64,000 nucleotides of DNA from Psammoneis japonica (Eukaryota), in assembly GCA_008632985.1 (NCBI GenBank), contig QPGO01000004.1, forward strand, positions 248,001-312,000, given 5' to 3'. Position 1 is the first letter of the stretch. Every line of letters starts with the position of its first letter. This document shows positions 50,232 to 63,100 of this stretch, piece by piece. Under the pieces are notes generated by a model. It was not told where the DNA came from and made no database searches. It worked only from the letters and a program-made list of their open reading frames with translations. The translations under genes and the position numbers were made by a program.

Positions 50232-52028
50232 TTAGCAGCCCCGCCGTACTCGTTTCGAACGTCGCCCACTGTCCAACGATTCGTCTGTGTGAACAACGAT
50301 TGCCAATTCCATGTCACCAATCGAAACCTTGGTTTTCATCAAAGCTTTCCAAAGCAAGCCGGTCTGCGCAAACCGTCTACTCATAGTTGGACTGGCGAAG
50401 TACTGCAAAGCTTGTGCCGACCGAATTGGAGTTGAGGCAGTCGCTGCTGCTTGTTTAGTTATCTTGCCAAGAGCATTGCTCCGAACATCATGTGGGATAT
50501 TTGAAAACATTTTGCCAATTCCATTCGTGTGATTGGTCTGAAGAATTGGTAGAAATGCAGTTCCGCCACTTTGTTCCTCCCAGCACAAGAGCGAGTCAAA
50601 AAATGCGACAAGCCATGAAACTGCAGCTTCATGGTTGTCTCTAGAAGTCCATGCTCTAGGCTGGTTCCCTTTCCGGATAATATCATTATGAATCACATCT
50701 GCCAGCTTCACCATGACTTTTGTGAGCTGCAATGAGTCACCCCATTCATACGTGTATTGGCTTGCTACTCTGCTGGCCTCGCTGTAACACCGGAGTGCTT
50801 CTACGAGACGGTACTCGTCCGCGGCTGGGCTGTTGCCCTTGTCCCCAGCATCCTTGTGATAATGTCCAATGTAACAGTAAGGATAAACTTGCCCATCTGC
50901 GTACTTTTTGCGGCATATCCTAATCGCCTCGTGATATAAACCTTCCACAGCCAAACAACTATCAGAGCCGATTTCCTCCATTCGAACCCATGATTCTCCT
51001 CTTGAAGACGTCAGATGTTCTTCGCAGTCACCTAATTCAATCAAGGCAAACGGAAACGTTTTCAAATGACCCCCATCTTTCAACATCCATAGCAACTCAC
51101 GCTTCATCTCTATTAAAGGTTTGCTCAACACTTGACTCGAGTTCTTGTCCTTGGCGCCGTCGACAGAACAATTGATGTTGGCCAGAGCTGCGGCCATGGT
51201 CATTGCCTTGTTTTTGCACAACACAGGATGTTTGGCCATATAAAGCCAACTCTTTCCGGGTGTCAGCTTACTAGTCTTGCCACTTCCTTCTTTGGCTCGA
51301 AAGGTATCGTCGATTGGTCGACCACGTTTCGCCTGCGACGCCTTGGTGCTGCCAGGTATTGCCACCTCGCATGTTTCCAGTTCTTGAATCGGCTTTTCAT
51401 CAGAGGCATTGTTGGAATTGTCGTCTTTTGGGTGGCTTTCATAAGCATGATCTTCGCTTAATGTCAACATGGACGTATGGTATCCTAAACATTGTAAGCC
51501 AATCACCGTGCACAAGGCGGCCCCAAAACAATCCAAACTCTTCCGGTCGACCGACTTTCCTCTGAGACACACGTAGAGCGAGTTAGCATGTTGCTCGTCC
51601 TTCACATTCGCTTTCGATACGACACGTGACCAGACAAAATTTGAAACGGCCTGTGCAGCTTCACGGTGGCTCGAAACGTTTGATTGATTCACATGTTTCA
51701 CCAGCAGACTCAAGAACTCCGTGTCAACAAGTCTTAAAAGAGCTCCAACCGGGATCGGGTACAATTGGAATCGACGTTGAGGATCTTTGTGAGTTGCAAG
51801 AGCTTCACAGTATCCAAAAATACAGCTCCACAAAGCAAGTGTTTTCCCTTCACTAGTCGAAGCGTCGCTGATAGCCTTTCCAAAGTCGGCCTTGAGTTCG
51901 TCTAAAGAGTGAATTACTCGATCACCGTCACTATCAGCCTGAGATTCACACTGATGATTCAATGACTTCCAATGCTCAGATTCCGATGGGGGCGTTCGTG
52001 GATCGTCGTAGACGTAGGTGATGCCCAT
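50232..52028 (-). CDS. MEN1: Menin homologue
   Basis: Colinear Menin motifs: LDCFGAA...LQCLG...LTLSEDHA, EV...G...RG, SWLYM, ANIN, LLWML.D.GHL..FPFAL.ELGD.EE, LYHEAI....Y...VYPYCY.G.YH, EAL....EAS.V...Y.Y, FFDSLLCWEE.S. Confidence 0.9.
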   Translation of the reverse strand: MGITYVYDDPRTPPSESEHWKSLNHQCESQADSDGDRVIHSLDELKADFGKAISDASTSEGKTLALWSCIFGYCEALATHKDPQRRFQLYPIPVGALLRLVDTEFLSLLVKHVNQSNVSSHREAAQAVSNFVWSRVVSKANVKDEQHANSLYVCLRGKSVDRKSLDCFGAALCTVIGLQCLGYHTSMLTLSEDHAYESHPKDDNSNNASDEKPIQELETCEVAIPGSTKASQAKRGRPIDDTFRAKEGSGKTSKLTPGKSWLYMAKHPVLCKNKAMTMAAALANINCSVDGAKDKNSSQVLSKPLIEMKRELLWMLKDGGHLKTFPFALIELGDCEEHLTSSRGESWVRMEEIGSDSCLAVEGLYHEAIRICRKKYADGQVYPYCYIGHYHKDAGDKGNSPAADEYRLVEALRCYSEASRVASQYTYEWGDSLQLTKVMVKLADVIHNDIIRKGNQPRAWTSRDNHEAAVSWLVAFFDSLLCWEEQSGGTAFLPILQTNHTNGIGKMFSNIPHDVRSNALGKITKQAAATASTPIRSAQALQYFASPTMSRRFAQTGLLWKALMKTKVSIGDMELAIVVHTDESLDSGRRSKRVRRGC

Positions 52029-52471
52029 GGTGGTGTTGATTGTGTCTTTGTTTAGCAAGTGCTTGTGTCGCATAACGCGCAACCAGCACTATGTACGGTA
52101 CGTCGGGGCGCTCTGCGCGGCAACACTCTAAACCCACCGCAATCGGGGATCGAATCAATCTCTTTTGTTCGTTCCAATGCCGCACCGTTTCCACATTGGC
52201 CTCGGCTATAAAATGCTGCTAAAGGCAAACTAGTGGTCAATTCAGAGGCAACATTGACTATGTCTGCGGATTAGGATTCTCAGTCAAGACTCCCTCCGGA
52301 TATATAGTTCCACAGGTCGACAGACGGCGTCACCAATGCGATGAGCACAACAAAGATCCAAACACATGGAGATGAATTTCATTCTTTGTCGTCCTTTAAA
52401 CGTGAAAATGAGTTACACCCAAGCTAGACGATTCCATGCAAGCAGCATGTCACGCACCTTCGTTATCTATA

Positions 52472-53472
52472 TTAGGAATTGAGTTTGGTAGAGACGCCAC
52501 CAATCCGTTCCATATGCTTTGCATACTCCTCGTTCGTTCTCCACCGCGGACCAAGAGTCCATTTCAACTTGGTAGATGTGATTTTTCGACTATCCGGAAG
52601 AACTTCGCTGTCGCTATTTGGAACAATGTTGGTTACGCGTTTCATTTGGTATGGAACACCTCGCTGATTTCCGTAGACAAAGTCGCCAGTGTCAGGATCA
52701 AAGCCACGATCGTGAATCCAGAATTCATTTTTCCATAGTGATAGCTGATCCATGACACGAATGTTTGAGCCTGGCATCATTTGAGATTCTACAAGAGCTT
52801 CACCATAAATCATTACAGCATGAACTGCGTCCTTGTCTTCTTGCTCTTCCATGTAAGTATGTTGATCGGGATCTACATTGAAGCTCCATTGGACGTCACA
52901 CTTTTTAAGTTCCTTGTTTGGCATTTCATTTGAAGACATCTCTAGAAATTCCTTGTAAACACGGGGCCATTCCAACGGAGTCTCGGTGTAAGACTGTCGT
53001 ATCTGCCCTTCCAATGTAGGATGAAGAGTAAAGAGCTTCATGTTGATTGTGTCATGATCATGTTGAAGCAACTCATATAATCGAAATCGAAATATTCTTT
53101 GCGGTATACCATCAAAGTAAAAGGCAGCCAGTATTCTTCGGGTTTTGGTTTTGTTCAGATCGTCATCGTCGTCGCCAATCAACGGCACTAACGAACAATG
53201 AATGTGCTCATGCCCCCTCCCTCACGAGGCTCCATACCCCGCTCGCGATCTTGCACAACTTGATCATAATTGTCAAAATCACCCTGAAATCTCTCGACAA
53301 ATGTCTCCCAAAGATCGTTGTTGTTTCCATTTTTAGCGTGCAATCCGTGTGCATTGCAACATTGGTAAAAGAGTCGTTGTGGTATTGGATGCGAAAAAGC
53401 AGAAACTCGGGATAAAGCTACTGCGCCAATGAGAATTCGGGCAGTCCACCAAGACATGATAGATCTTTGCAT
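52472..53472 (-). CDS. CpcT/CpeT (CRUMPLED LEAF)-like protein, probably plastid-targeted; one apparent 1-bp deletion in a G-run at ~53215
   Basis: VSA-F presequence, FQGDFDNYDQ, GGG-HEHIH after frame correction, WIHDRGFDPDTGDFVYG...PY. Confidence 0.75.
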
Positions 53473-53992
53473 TTGCAGCTTTCACTCGTCGTTTTAGAAT
53501 CAATGTGCGTGACTTTCTCTGCAGACAGGAGACTTGCTGACATGATATGCATTACATCTCGAACCAACTCGCCGACATGTTCAAGTTCAAGGTGCAAGGT
53601 GAGACTGCGCAACAAACGCGCACGAATTTCTTGCCATTCTCGGTTCTTGTGCATCGATAGATCCAAGATGTCATTCAGTCTCTCACGGCACACACTAAAC
53701 CGCCCTGGTCACAAAATAACTGGCATGCACTCTAGAGAGTACCGTATTGGGATACCATCATGGATTTGGTATCTGGGGCTCCACAGTTCGTCGAAAGTAG
53801 GTGTTGGGCTCTTTGCTGTGAAGTTTATTTACTAGACTACCCAAAACCCACACTCACAAGATGACTCCGTGACATTGTTCAAGTTTCATAAAGTAAGGGT
53901 TTGATGCACACAACGAACCTGCTTAGATGTTCACACTACTCAATTGTATACGGTTGGACAAACGGCGAAGTCAGAGGGAAGGAAAGTAGGGT

Positions 53993-54775
53993 TCAGAACA
54001 GCGCCTGCAACATTCTTGCAGAAGAAGACAGAAGGAGGGCCATCCGTGAAGTTGTTGCCGTTATGTAGATGGGAACCGATGAGATTGGTATTGAAATAGT
54101 CTTGTTGTCAAAGATGTCGTCGCATCCGAGACCCTTCCCGCTTGTGTTTAAACAAAACTTGCATCGAATGTCTTTTGTCTTGATGTCCTTGAGGATGATG
54201 GTAGATTCCTCCAAAAAGATTTCGTCATCTGTAGTAACATCCGGATCTCCTGCGTACCAAACGACTACGGTTCCTTCAGCTCTAGCTACGCCAGGGCCGA
54301 GAGGGTTGTGTTTCGCCCCAATGCAATCGACTGGGGCACCCCCACTTTGCTGTAGGCCTGTTTCTTCCATGACATTGTCAATGTTCTCGCCTGTGGCATC
54401 TCTGGTTGAAAACGTGAAGATCTTGCCTAATTCGCCATCAGACTCATCTCCAGAATAGTAGAGTTGACCACGAAGTACTCCAACCGCTGAAGGATTGCGG
54501 TAAAAGCTGTAATCGGTGTGCGGGTTGAAATACACGTCGCACTCACAGTCGGTGTCGGTGCATTGTCCAGCGTCATATGCATCGACACAATTTCTCAAGC
54601 TGCTGAGTAGCGCATCCTTCACGGCGCCATCCAAGCCGACGTTAAACTCACCTTTCAAGGGAGAAGTAATCGTGTACGTCACTTCGTTTTGAAGGCCTCT
54701 CGTCCCTTTGGCAACGGCACAAGGGACCGTGAGGCTGGCCGCAAGTCCAAAGATGACACTTACGAAGAGATGCAT
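53993..54775 (-). CDS. Secreted Cys-containing protein with RGL motif after the signal peptide
   Basis: ATG ORF of 260 aa: MHLFVSVIFGLAASLTVPCAVA-KGTRGL. 3' end uncertain. Confidence 0.75.
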   Translation of the reverse strand: MHLFVSVIFGLAASLTVPCAVAKGTRGLQNEVTYTITSPLKGEFNVGLDGAVKDALLSSLRNCVDAYDAGQCTDTDCECDVYFNPHTDYSFYRNPSAVGVLRGQLYYSGDESDGELGKIFTFSTRDATGENIDNVMEETGLQQSGGAPVDCIGAKHNPLGPGVARAEGTVVVWYAGDPDVTTDDEIFLEESTIILKDIKTKDIRCKFCLNTSGKGLGCDDIFDNKTISIPISSVPIYITATTSRMALLLSSSARMLQALF

Positions 54776-56261
54776 GCTACTTTACAGAAATATCAAGTTA
54801 TCTGGACGGCTAGGGCAGAAAAGTGAATTCTTCCTTTTGCCATTGACAATCGCCGCGGCATGAAAAATGTGATTGAAGGATCTTCGGACAGAGATCGAAG
54901 ATCGGCGGAAAGCAAGGTGACGCATGCCACTGCATAAATACTGCATGCCGCCACCGAAGTTTTTGTGCGACGTCAGAATTTTTATCAATAAGGTCATCAG
55001 ACAGTCATCGGTCATCGTGTTATCTTTTCTGCGCGACCGTGGACACCCTGCGAACAAGCCCATTTACAGCATTTGTTGGTGGCCGGTTGACGATGCTGTA
55101 GACCCCATGACCCCTCTGTGTTTTCACTTCAAAGTAAAGACAGCTAAATGGGTGGCAACAACCCCCAAGTTGTGTCTTTACTCCAGTGCAAAACAAGCTC
55201 TAAATGGGTGGCGATGAAGCATTTGGGCACAAGCACTGTCAAACAGGCAAAACGGGGTGCCCAAGCCGAAACTGCCTTCAAACTTCTGCACCAGTCAACT
55301 GCAACATTTTGATGTTCATCTCAAAACATCTGTTGATTTTCTCTCTGTTCATTGCCATGTTGGTTTTCCATGTCTCTTCATTGGCATCCCATCAAAAACA
55401 GACAAAGATGAGTCAACCCAACACAAGAAGTGTGCGCAGCCTCATTTCAGCCAGCACTCAAAATGGAATGAAAGATTCAGCCATGCACAGGAAGAGCTCA
55501 GTGCAGGTGCAACAAGCAAAGAGGGAGCAGCAACAAGAGCAGACAACAAGAAAAAAGCAAAAAGCCAGTGGTCAAACAGCGGCAATCCAGACAATGATGA
55601 GGTTGAGAAAGAGGGCCAGCAACGGGCTCATTCACGAAGCACAAGCTGCAGGCATGCAACAAACTGTTCAACTGACTCAAGACATGTGCATTGGATTTCA
55701 GCCCAACAGGAAACATGAGCCATTTTGAAAATGGCCACTGCTCTTTGGTTCTCCTCTGTGTGGATCTTTGTCAGACCCCGCGCTGAAAACTTCTCCTGGT
55801 TTTCAGAGTCATCAAGCAAGACATCTGAGGAGGATGGCTCAGATGGTGAAGCAGGGCATGCACTGAGTTGGGAAGACTTTTCCAACCCACCAATCTTTTT
55901 TTTTTTACTTCAAAGGACAGGTGGTGACATCTTCATTGGCTGAAGCACAAAGCGTGCTGTGCGCTCCATCCTGGAAATGCTGATTCCATCCGGCACCTTG
56001 GATTCTCAAAACTGAGTTTGTCATGCATGTGGGGAGACAGGAGAAATGAAGCATCAGCAAGCCATTGGCACTGCTGCACCATCATGAAAAAAGATGCAGA
56101 CAATGAGAATGATGACATCACTTGCACTTTTTGTGACTCTGCTGTGGTGAGCCAAGTGCCAGAACATGTCGAAGGTTGGTGATGGCTGCAGGCTGACGTC
56201 AGGAGGTGCCACAAAATGGAGCCTCAACAAGCAGTGATCACCTCCATTTTGTGGGGAAAAA

Positions 56262-56564
56262 NNNNNNNNNNNNNNNNNNNNNNNNNNNNNNNNNNNNNNN
56301 NNNNNNNNNNNNNNNNNNNNNNNNNNNNNNNNNNNNNNNNNNNNNNNNNNNNNNNNNNNNNNNNNNNNNNNNNNNNNNNNNNNNNNNNNNNNNNNNNNNN
56401 NNNNNNNNNNNNNNNNNNNNNNNNNNNNNNNNNNNNNNNNNNNNNNNNNNNNNNNNNNNNNNNNNNNNNNNNNNNNNNNNNNNNNNNNNNNNNNNNNNNN
56501 NNNNNNNNNNNNNNNNNNNNNNNNNNNNNNNNNNNNNNNNNNNNNNNNNNNNNNNNNNNNNNNN
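56262..56564. other. Assembly gap (303 N) flanked by 28-bp perfect inverted repeats
   Basis: caagcagtgatcacctccattttgtggg (56228-56255) is the reverse complement of 56565-56592. Confidence 0.95.
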
Positions 56565-56599
56565 CCCACAAAATGGAGGTGATCACTGCTTGTGACCAA

Positions 56600-58050
56600 A
56601 TGAGATCATCACCTGCTTGCAGCATGAGTGCCCTTGGCTTTTTGAAGTCCTTGACAGAGCAACACAAGCCAAGTGTCATGTGACGAAAGCTGCCACGTGG
56701 TGCAATTGCACGGATTGTCGGTGCAAATGTCCAGACAAGCAGAGTCAGATTGAAAAGCAGACTTTGCACTTTGACATTGACAACAACAGGGCCAAAACAC
56801 AAGTGCCATCTCTCAATCACCTGTTGGAAGCAACCACACAAGAAATTGAGTCAGAAACTCTGCATTGTGGACACAAAACAACAATGAATGGAGGTCCACT
56901 CCTGTCGGGTGATCATTTCATGACAACTGGAAAGGTGGTTCTCACCAACAATCAAAGAGGATTTGCAAGCATGCATTCAGTTGTGAATGAATTTGGCAAG
57001 ATGCCACTCTTCCACCATGCAGCTGGCACAACATCATTGGAGGTTGAAGACAGCCTCCAAGGTTTGAACAGGAGGCACCAACTCCATGGCTTCAAGGGTC
57101 CCATTGCATTTGCAACAGATCAGTGCTGCAACAAGAGGGCATTTTATGAAGGAGCCAGGAACAACAGGGAAAAGCTGATCTTTCATTCTTTAATTCCCAA
57201 GACAAGAAAAAATGGATGTCACTGTGAAGAGTGATGCCACAAGCAATGATGGTGCACTCTGATTTTGATCAAGTTCTGGCAGGGTTGGAAGTCATGGAAC
57301 ACTTGGATGTGCCCAAGCCATCTGTTGCATTTTCTGCAAAGGCAGTGGTGGGTGCAGCTGTTGACAACATCATGTCAAAGTGCATTGCCAATGGTTGGGA
57401 GGACACAACATTGATTGATTTGGAATGGGCTGTCAAGAGCAAAAAAGGCCCTGACATTGTTCAAGCAACTGCCATGGATTCAGAGACCTGTGTGTTCAAC
57501 AAGCCTTTCCCAACTGGCTTGGTCACTCTCCTTGAGAGTCATCTGCATTGAAGAAACTGCCCTTGAAGATTTCCGCTGACCCAAACAAGTCATCTCAGAG
57601 GATTGGTGCCAAGTCAATGAATTGTGCAAATCTTCAAGACACGCTAAAGGAAGAACACAGTGTTGTGCAAATGGCAACTGTGGGTCTCTCCAACACATGC
57701 AAAGAACTGTCAGGAGATGTGGTGTCAACAAAGACAACCATCTTCACTTGTTTGATTGGAGAAGTTCCAAGAATTGGTGACAAGTGACAAGCACCACCAA
57801 CACGCCACTTTGGATGACTCATGCATCCGAATGATGGCACATTTTAAAATGCTGTTAGAAATGCCACACACAGATCCAAAAGCCAATCTTGCCCCTTCTT
57901 TGGAAGAACAAAAGGAAAATCAGAAACTCCTTCTGTGTGCAAGTGACAAGTCTGCAGTTGCTGCAAAACCAACCCTCCTGCATGCAGGGCAACTGACAAC
58001 ACCCTGCAGAGATTGGGAAATTTGATTGGCTTCTCAACAGACAGGTTTTG
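56600..58050 (+). mobile_element. Decayed transposase-like ORF followed by a DEDDy 3'-5' exonuclease domain
   Basis: LSGDH...SVVNEFG...LQGLNRRH..HGF.GP..FATDQCC resembles DUF6729-associated transposon proteins; then IDLEW...DIVQ...FPTGLVTLLES and QHATLDD (from YAALD). Confidence 0.55.
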
Positions 58051-60199
58051 TTTCTCCCTCTTTGGTGAAGAGCTGGAGTCTTGCAATGTCATTTTGCCAA
58101 CAACTTCTGACTTGTCATGAAGTGACTGAATGGTGTCCTCATCCAATTTCTCCAGTTGACTCTCATCCAGATGGGCACAGAGGAATGGGCACCACCCAGA
58201 TGACTCAATGCAGCCAAGTGCACAGTGCAAGTGCAAAGGCTCTCCACAGGAGTGAGAAAGTCCTGAGTGTCACATCAAGGCACAAACTGCAATGCAAGCA
58301 TTTTTTTGGGGGGGGGAGGGGGGGGCTTGTTGTCCTCTGATGACAAGACAAAGATGAAGCTGTTTTCTCTACATCAGTGACAATGTCTTTGGGGACTTGT
58401 TTGAGCTTGTCATCTTCCAAGTTGATGACCACCCCACAAACTTTAGAGCAGAAATGCAAGTTGGCCTCCTTGAATGGTTTTTTTTAGCAAACTGCAAAAG
58501 TTCACAACAACAGCAATTTTCTGGAGAAATGAGCTGAAGTGGCACGGGCATGCTTGTCAGCAAAAGGAAACTTCACATCTCAAAACAAAAGCTCAAGGCC
58601 CACAACTGCAGCTGTCTAGCTGAGGACCAAGGGCACCTCCCCTTGTGACTTTCCAACTTTGGAAGGATCCACTGCAACAGCAATTTTTGGCTGCAGGAGG
58701 CATCCTGCTTTCCTTGTGTTCTAAAACACGCCTTGCTTGAGCATCTGGGTCAACCAAGCCACACCATTTTAGGACAAACATGACTTCATCATTCCAAGTG
58801 TTGAGCTTCAAGTCAAGACCATCAAAGACTTTTTGACAGTTTTTTGAGAGAGCAAAACTTCAGCACAGTGCAATGTGTTTGCAATGGAGACAAGCATTTT
58901 GACCAACTCTGGCAGATCTGCTGGCTTTGTCATCAACTGTCCCTTTGATCAAAAAGTGATGCAGTCCCAAAATGAGCAGAAACCAGTCTCACATGATGGT
59001 TTAAATGAAGCTCATTGGCAACCAACTGGCAGAAAGAGGATGAAAATTTTGTGTCAAACCAGTGGTTGGTGGTTTTGTTGTGAGTCTGATGCAGTCATCT
59101 CATTGCAGCAGCTGATCTCATTTGGCTTGCCATTCATGATGCACCTGCTGCATTGAAGCACAGGACTTGCACTCTTTGGCATGGTCTTGTCATCCAGGGA
59201 CTCATGGTGAGTTGTTTTGGACAGGTCAATGCTGCACTGCAGTGGAAACCTTGACCAGAACTTTTGTCTGACACTTGCAGCTTCTTCAACTCTGGAAGCT
59301 TGGGTGTGCACTCTGGATCCTGCTTTGTCAGCTGCTGCTCTGTCTTTTTCTGTGGCTCAGTTGGCTTGGGTTTCATGGGCTCTGACTTCAGCTGTGGCCC
59401 TGGCTTGTTGTTCATTTGGCATTGGCTCTGGCTGGGGCACTGGCTTGCTTGGCTTTGTCTGCTTTGACTCTGGCTTGAGTTTCAGACCTGGCTCCATTGA
59501 CTTTGGCTGTGGCTCCTGCTTTTTTGCTTTGCCATCAGCTCTTGACTTGATGGATTGGGCTCCTGCTCATGCTTTGACTTGGTTGGTTTCACCAGAACAT
59601 CTTCTTTGGGGGAATCATCCATTGTGAGAGAGATCCTGCTTCATCCCCTTGGACACACAGGCCTCCATTTGTGGCACCACTGCACCACAGCTTGTGTTGG
59701 AACATCCAGAAAAAACAGGAAATCTGAGGAACCTGGATGTGTTGAAGAGAAGACATTGTTGCTCCTGACATGGAAGACTTGGTGACTCTTTGCCATTGGA
59801 ATTTCATCATCACCAATCTCTCTTGCCTTTCTGTTTGTTGCACTCTTTAGAGCAAATTATTTGGTTTCTTTGGATTGTGCAATTCTGTTGCATTGGTGCC
59901 ACCAGGTGTCTGTTGCATTGCAGGTTTGAAGTTTGTGTTGACAACTTCCAGCCAAACCACAGCCACTGCAGCCAAGTGGCTGAGGCAAGACAACGAGTGG
60001 CACAGGAAGCCTTGTGGGACTCCCTTTTGGTGACATTAACTTGCTGGTTCAACATTCACTCCAAAGAGCCTCTGGCACTGCATTTGGTGCTGAACAACAC
60101 TGTTCCATCTGATTTGACTGACTGTCATTGAGTGCCTGCACAATGAGCAGAAGAGGAAGCAGCAGATCTGGCAACTGAGGCTGAGGATGCAGCTGGTCA

Positions 60200-63100
60200 T
60201 GGAACAGGTGACAAGAGCCACAGGTCTTCTGGCTCAAAGAAAAAAACAATCATCAAGAACCACTTTCAGCCTGAGATTGAGCTCTGTCATCCTTCATCAC
60301 CAAACAGCAACTCATGCAATGCAACACATGAAGACATCAAGGAGAAGATTGCATGACACATGTGCAGAAGGAGTGCACTCAAGGCATGCATTTGGCAAGA
60401 AGACATGAAGTGCAAGGACTTTGGTTCTGAGAAACCAAGTCAAGTGCAGCCATGACAGTGTGCCAAGAGAGGGAGACACAAACAGTTGGTCAGAGCTGGA
60501 AAAAAATGCAACCAGAGGAAAAAGAGCTGGGGTGCCCACATGAGGTGGACCTCCATGAATGCAATGACAAGATGAGGCAGTTCAAAGAGAACAAAACTGC
60601 CACACTTGCCATGATTGCAGATGATTGTTGTGCCAAATGCCAAACAGACAAAGCAGGGAGTGCAAGGCAATCCCAGTTCAACAAAAATTGGGGACAATCT
60701 GGTCAAACCACTGAAGCTCATTCAATCACTTGCACTCAACTCCATGAGATGTTGACACCCATTTCACACACTGGCAACCAAATCCCTGTGGAACATGCTG
60801 GATGTGAAATGACAAGATAACAAGTTGCTGAATGACAACCTCTCAACAGCACATTCAACAATCAATGAGATGACACAAATGAAAGTCTCAGGAACAAGAT
60901 GCCAGATGGATTCATTTCCAATGCCAAGGAGTGCAAGGACAGAGCATTGCAGTGAAAAGCAAGTGCTGAAAGATGCAGCACTTGCGACATGGACAACATT
61001 TCTGTTTGTGGAAAATGGCAACAATTGCCCCCCACCCAAGAGCTTGAAGAAAAGCCATGTTAGAGACTGCAGCCTGGGCAAGGGCACACATCCTGAGACC
61101 CTTGACAAGCAACAGATGCACTGCTGAGTCATCCAAAGACAATGGCCCTTGCAAGAGACACAACAAGAAGAACAATGAGTGCACAAACAACAAGAACAGC
61201 AACAATGAGAGCAAGAGCAAGAGGTCTGACCATGCAAAAAACCAGAGTCATGCCCAGAAAGGCAATCAGAGTGACACTTCAGTGTGCCACTGTTGCAATG
61301 AACTAAATCACAAGTCTCCAGACTGCAAGCATTTGAACAATGTTGCACTCAACAGCTGATTCAAGAATGCTGGCATTGAGCTGGACACCAGGGAACAGAG
61401 TCACACACAAAAATGAGATGAAGATGCCTTGTTGGTGGACAGCAACAACGCCAGTGTTGACACCACCAGATCCAATTGATCAACATGTTCCAGCCAAAGC
61501 AGGTGTGCTGCATTGCATGGATTGCAGCTGGCAAACAAGTGACTGGAGACAAGCATGAGCCAGGCCAATGAAGACATTGGCATGGATGAGACAATCCTTG
61601 ACAATGGCTCCACCCTCAGCATGGCAGCAAGCCAGAGACCACTGCACAATGTGTGGTGGGTGAAGATCAAGATTGATCTGTCCACAAGTGCAGGTGGCAA
61701 AGATCAAGATTGATGGGTGGGGGGGCAGCATGAAGCTCAGATCACAGAGTGCAGCAGCGAACATCCTCAGTTTAAAGGACGTGAAGAGCAAGCACTGTGT
61801 CACACGTGACTGGACAAGAAGACTGGCAAGCAAGTTCCAGAAGTTCTTTGACCATGCAAAAGATCTTCAAGAGGGCAAGTTGTGCATTGGCATGCTGTCA
61901 AGGAAGAAGAAGTGGAGCAAGAAGAATGACAAGAAGCACAGGAGTGCATCTAGAGCTGCTTTTCTGACAGCAGAGCAGAGCTCTACTGGCTGCTCCAAGA
62001 GGGAGGTTGCAAATGCTGAGCAAGTGCTCAGACTTTGTTGCAAAGCTGAAATTCCCAGTGTGAGAGATTGCAAGCCTTTTTTGCAATCAAACCAGGTGAA
62101 GAGCTTGTCCATGACTGTGCAACATTGTGCCTGAAAATGTGGACAGGATGGTGGCCATTTGGGTCATTAAAAAAGGAAAGACCAAACACGCACATCAGCC
62201 CCACAAGAAGAACAACATGATGGCAATTCTGCCTGAGACATCATGCAAGAAGTAGAGGAGAGAAGGCATGATCCTCTGCATTGACATTGTGGAAGTGTGC
62301 AGAGCCAAGTTGCTGTGCGCAATTGACAAGACAATCAAGTGTCAATCAAGTGTGAGATTGCACTCAAAGAAGCACGTTGATGTGTGCAGCATGCTGGACA
62401 TGATGGTGTGCCAGCACACCACAGCTTTGTTCAAGATTGACTTTGTTGAGTGTGATTCTGAGTTCAAGAACATGCCGGCAAAAGCCACAGATGGCATGAA
62501 TCTAGAACTGATGTTTGCAAACACACCAGCGACCATGTTCCCAAAGTTGAGCAAAGCATTGAGATCATCAAGGAGCAAACTTGAGCCACAGCACACCACC
62601 TGCCACACAAGATGATGCCCAAGAAGTTTGTGTGAGCATGCCATGATCAAGAGCACTGTGATGGCAAACATGCACCCATGGAAGGAAAGAATCTCTGACA
62701 CGTGCAGTCCACACACTGTCATGCAACAAAGAAACCTTGACCATGACAAGCACTTCAAGTTTGCCTTCAGCTCATTTGTCTTGTCTTGCATTGAAAACAA
62801 CCCAACAAACACCATGGCTGCACACGGCATTAACAGCATGCACTTGCAACCACATTTTGACATTCCTGGGGGTGGTCACTGCTCTGTGAATTCACACATT
62901 ATGGGGAAGCTGCTAAACCCATGCAAGTGCACTGCTGCACCCTTGACTGACAAATGCACACAAGCAGTTGACAAGATAACCTCAGCACAAGGCATCAAAG
63001 ACTTCAAATTTGTGGGCAAATGTGGGGACAATCTGCCCAATGCGGATTGGACTGCAGGAGCAGACAATGACAACAGCAAAGACAAAAGTGACAGCAAAGA

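Noticed and set aside
59150..59600. Pro/Lys/Glu-rich minus-strand repeats
   Set aside because: Frameshifted low-complexity remnant within island C; cannot be assigned.
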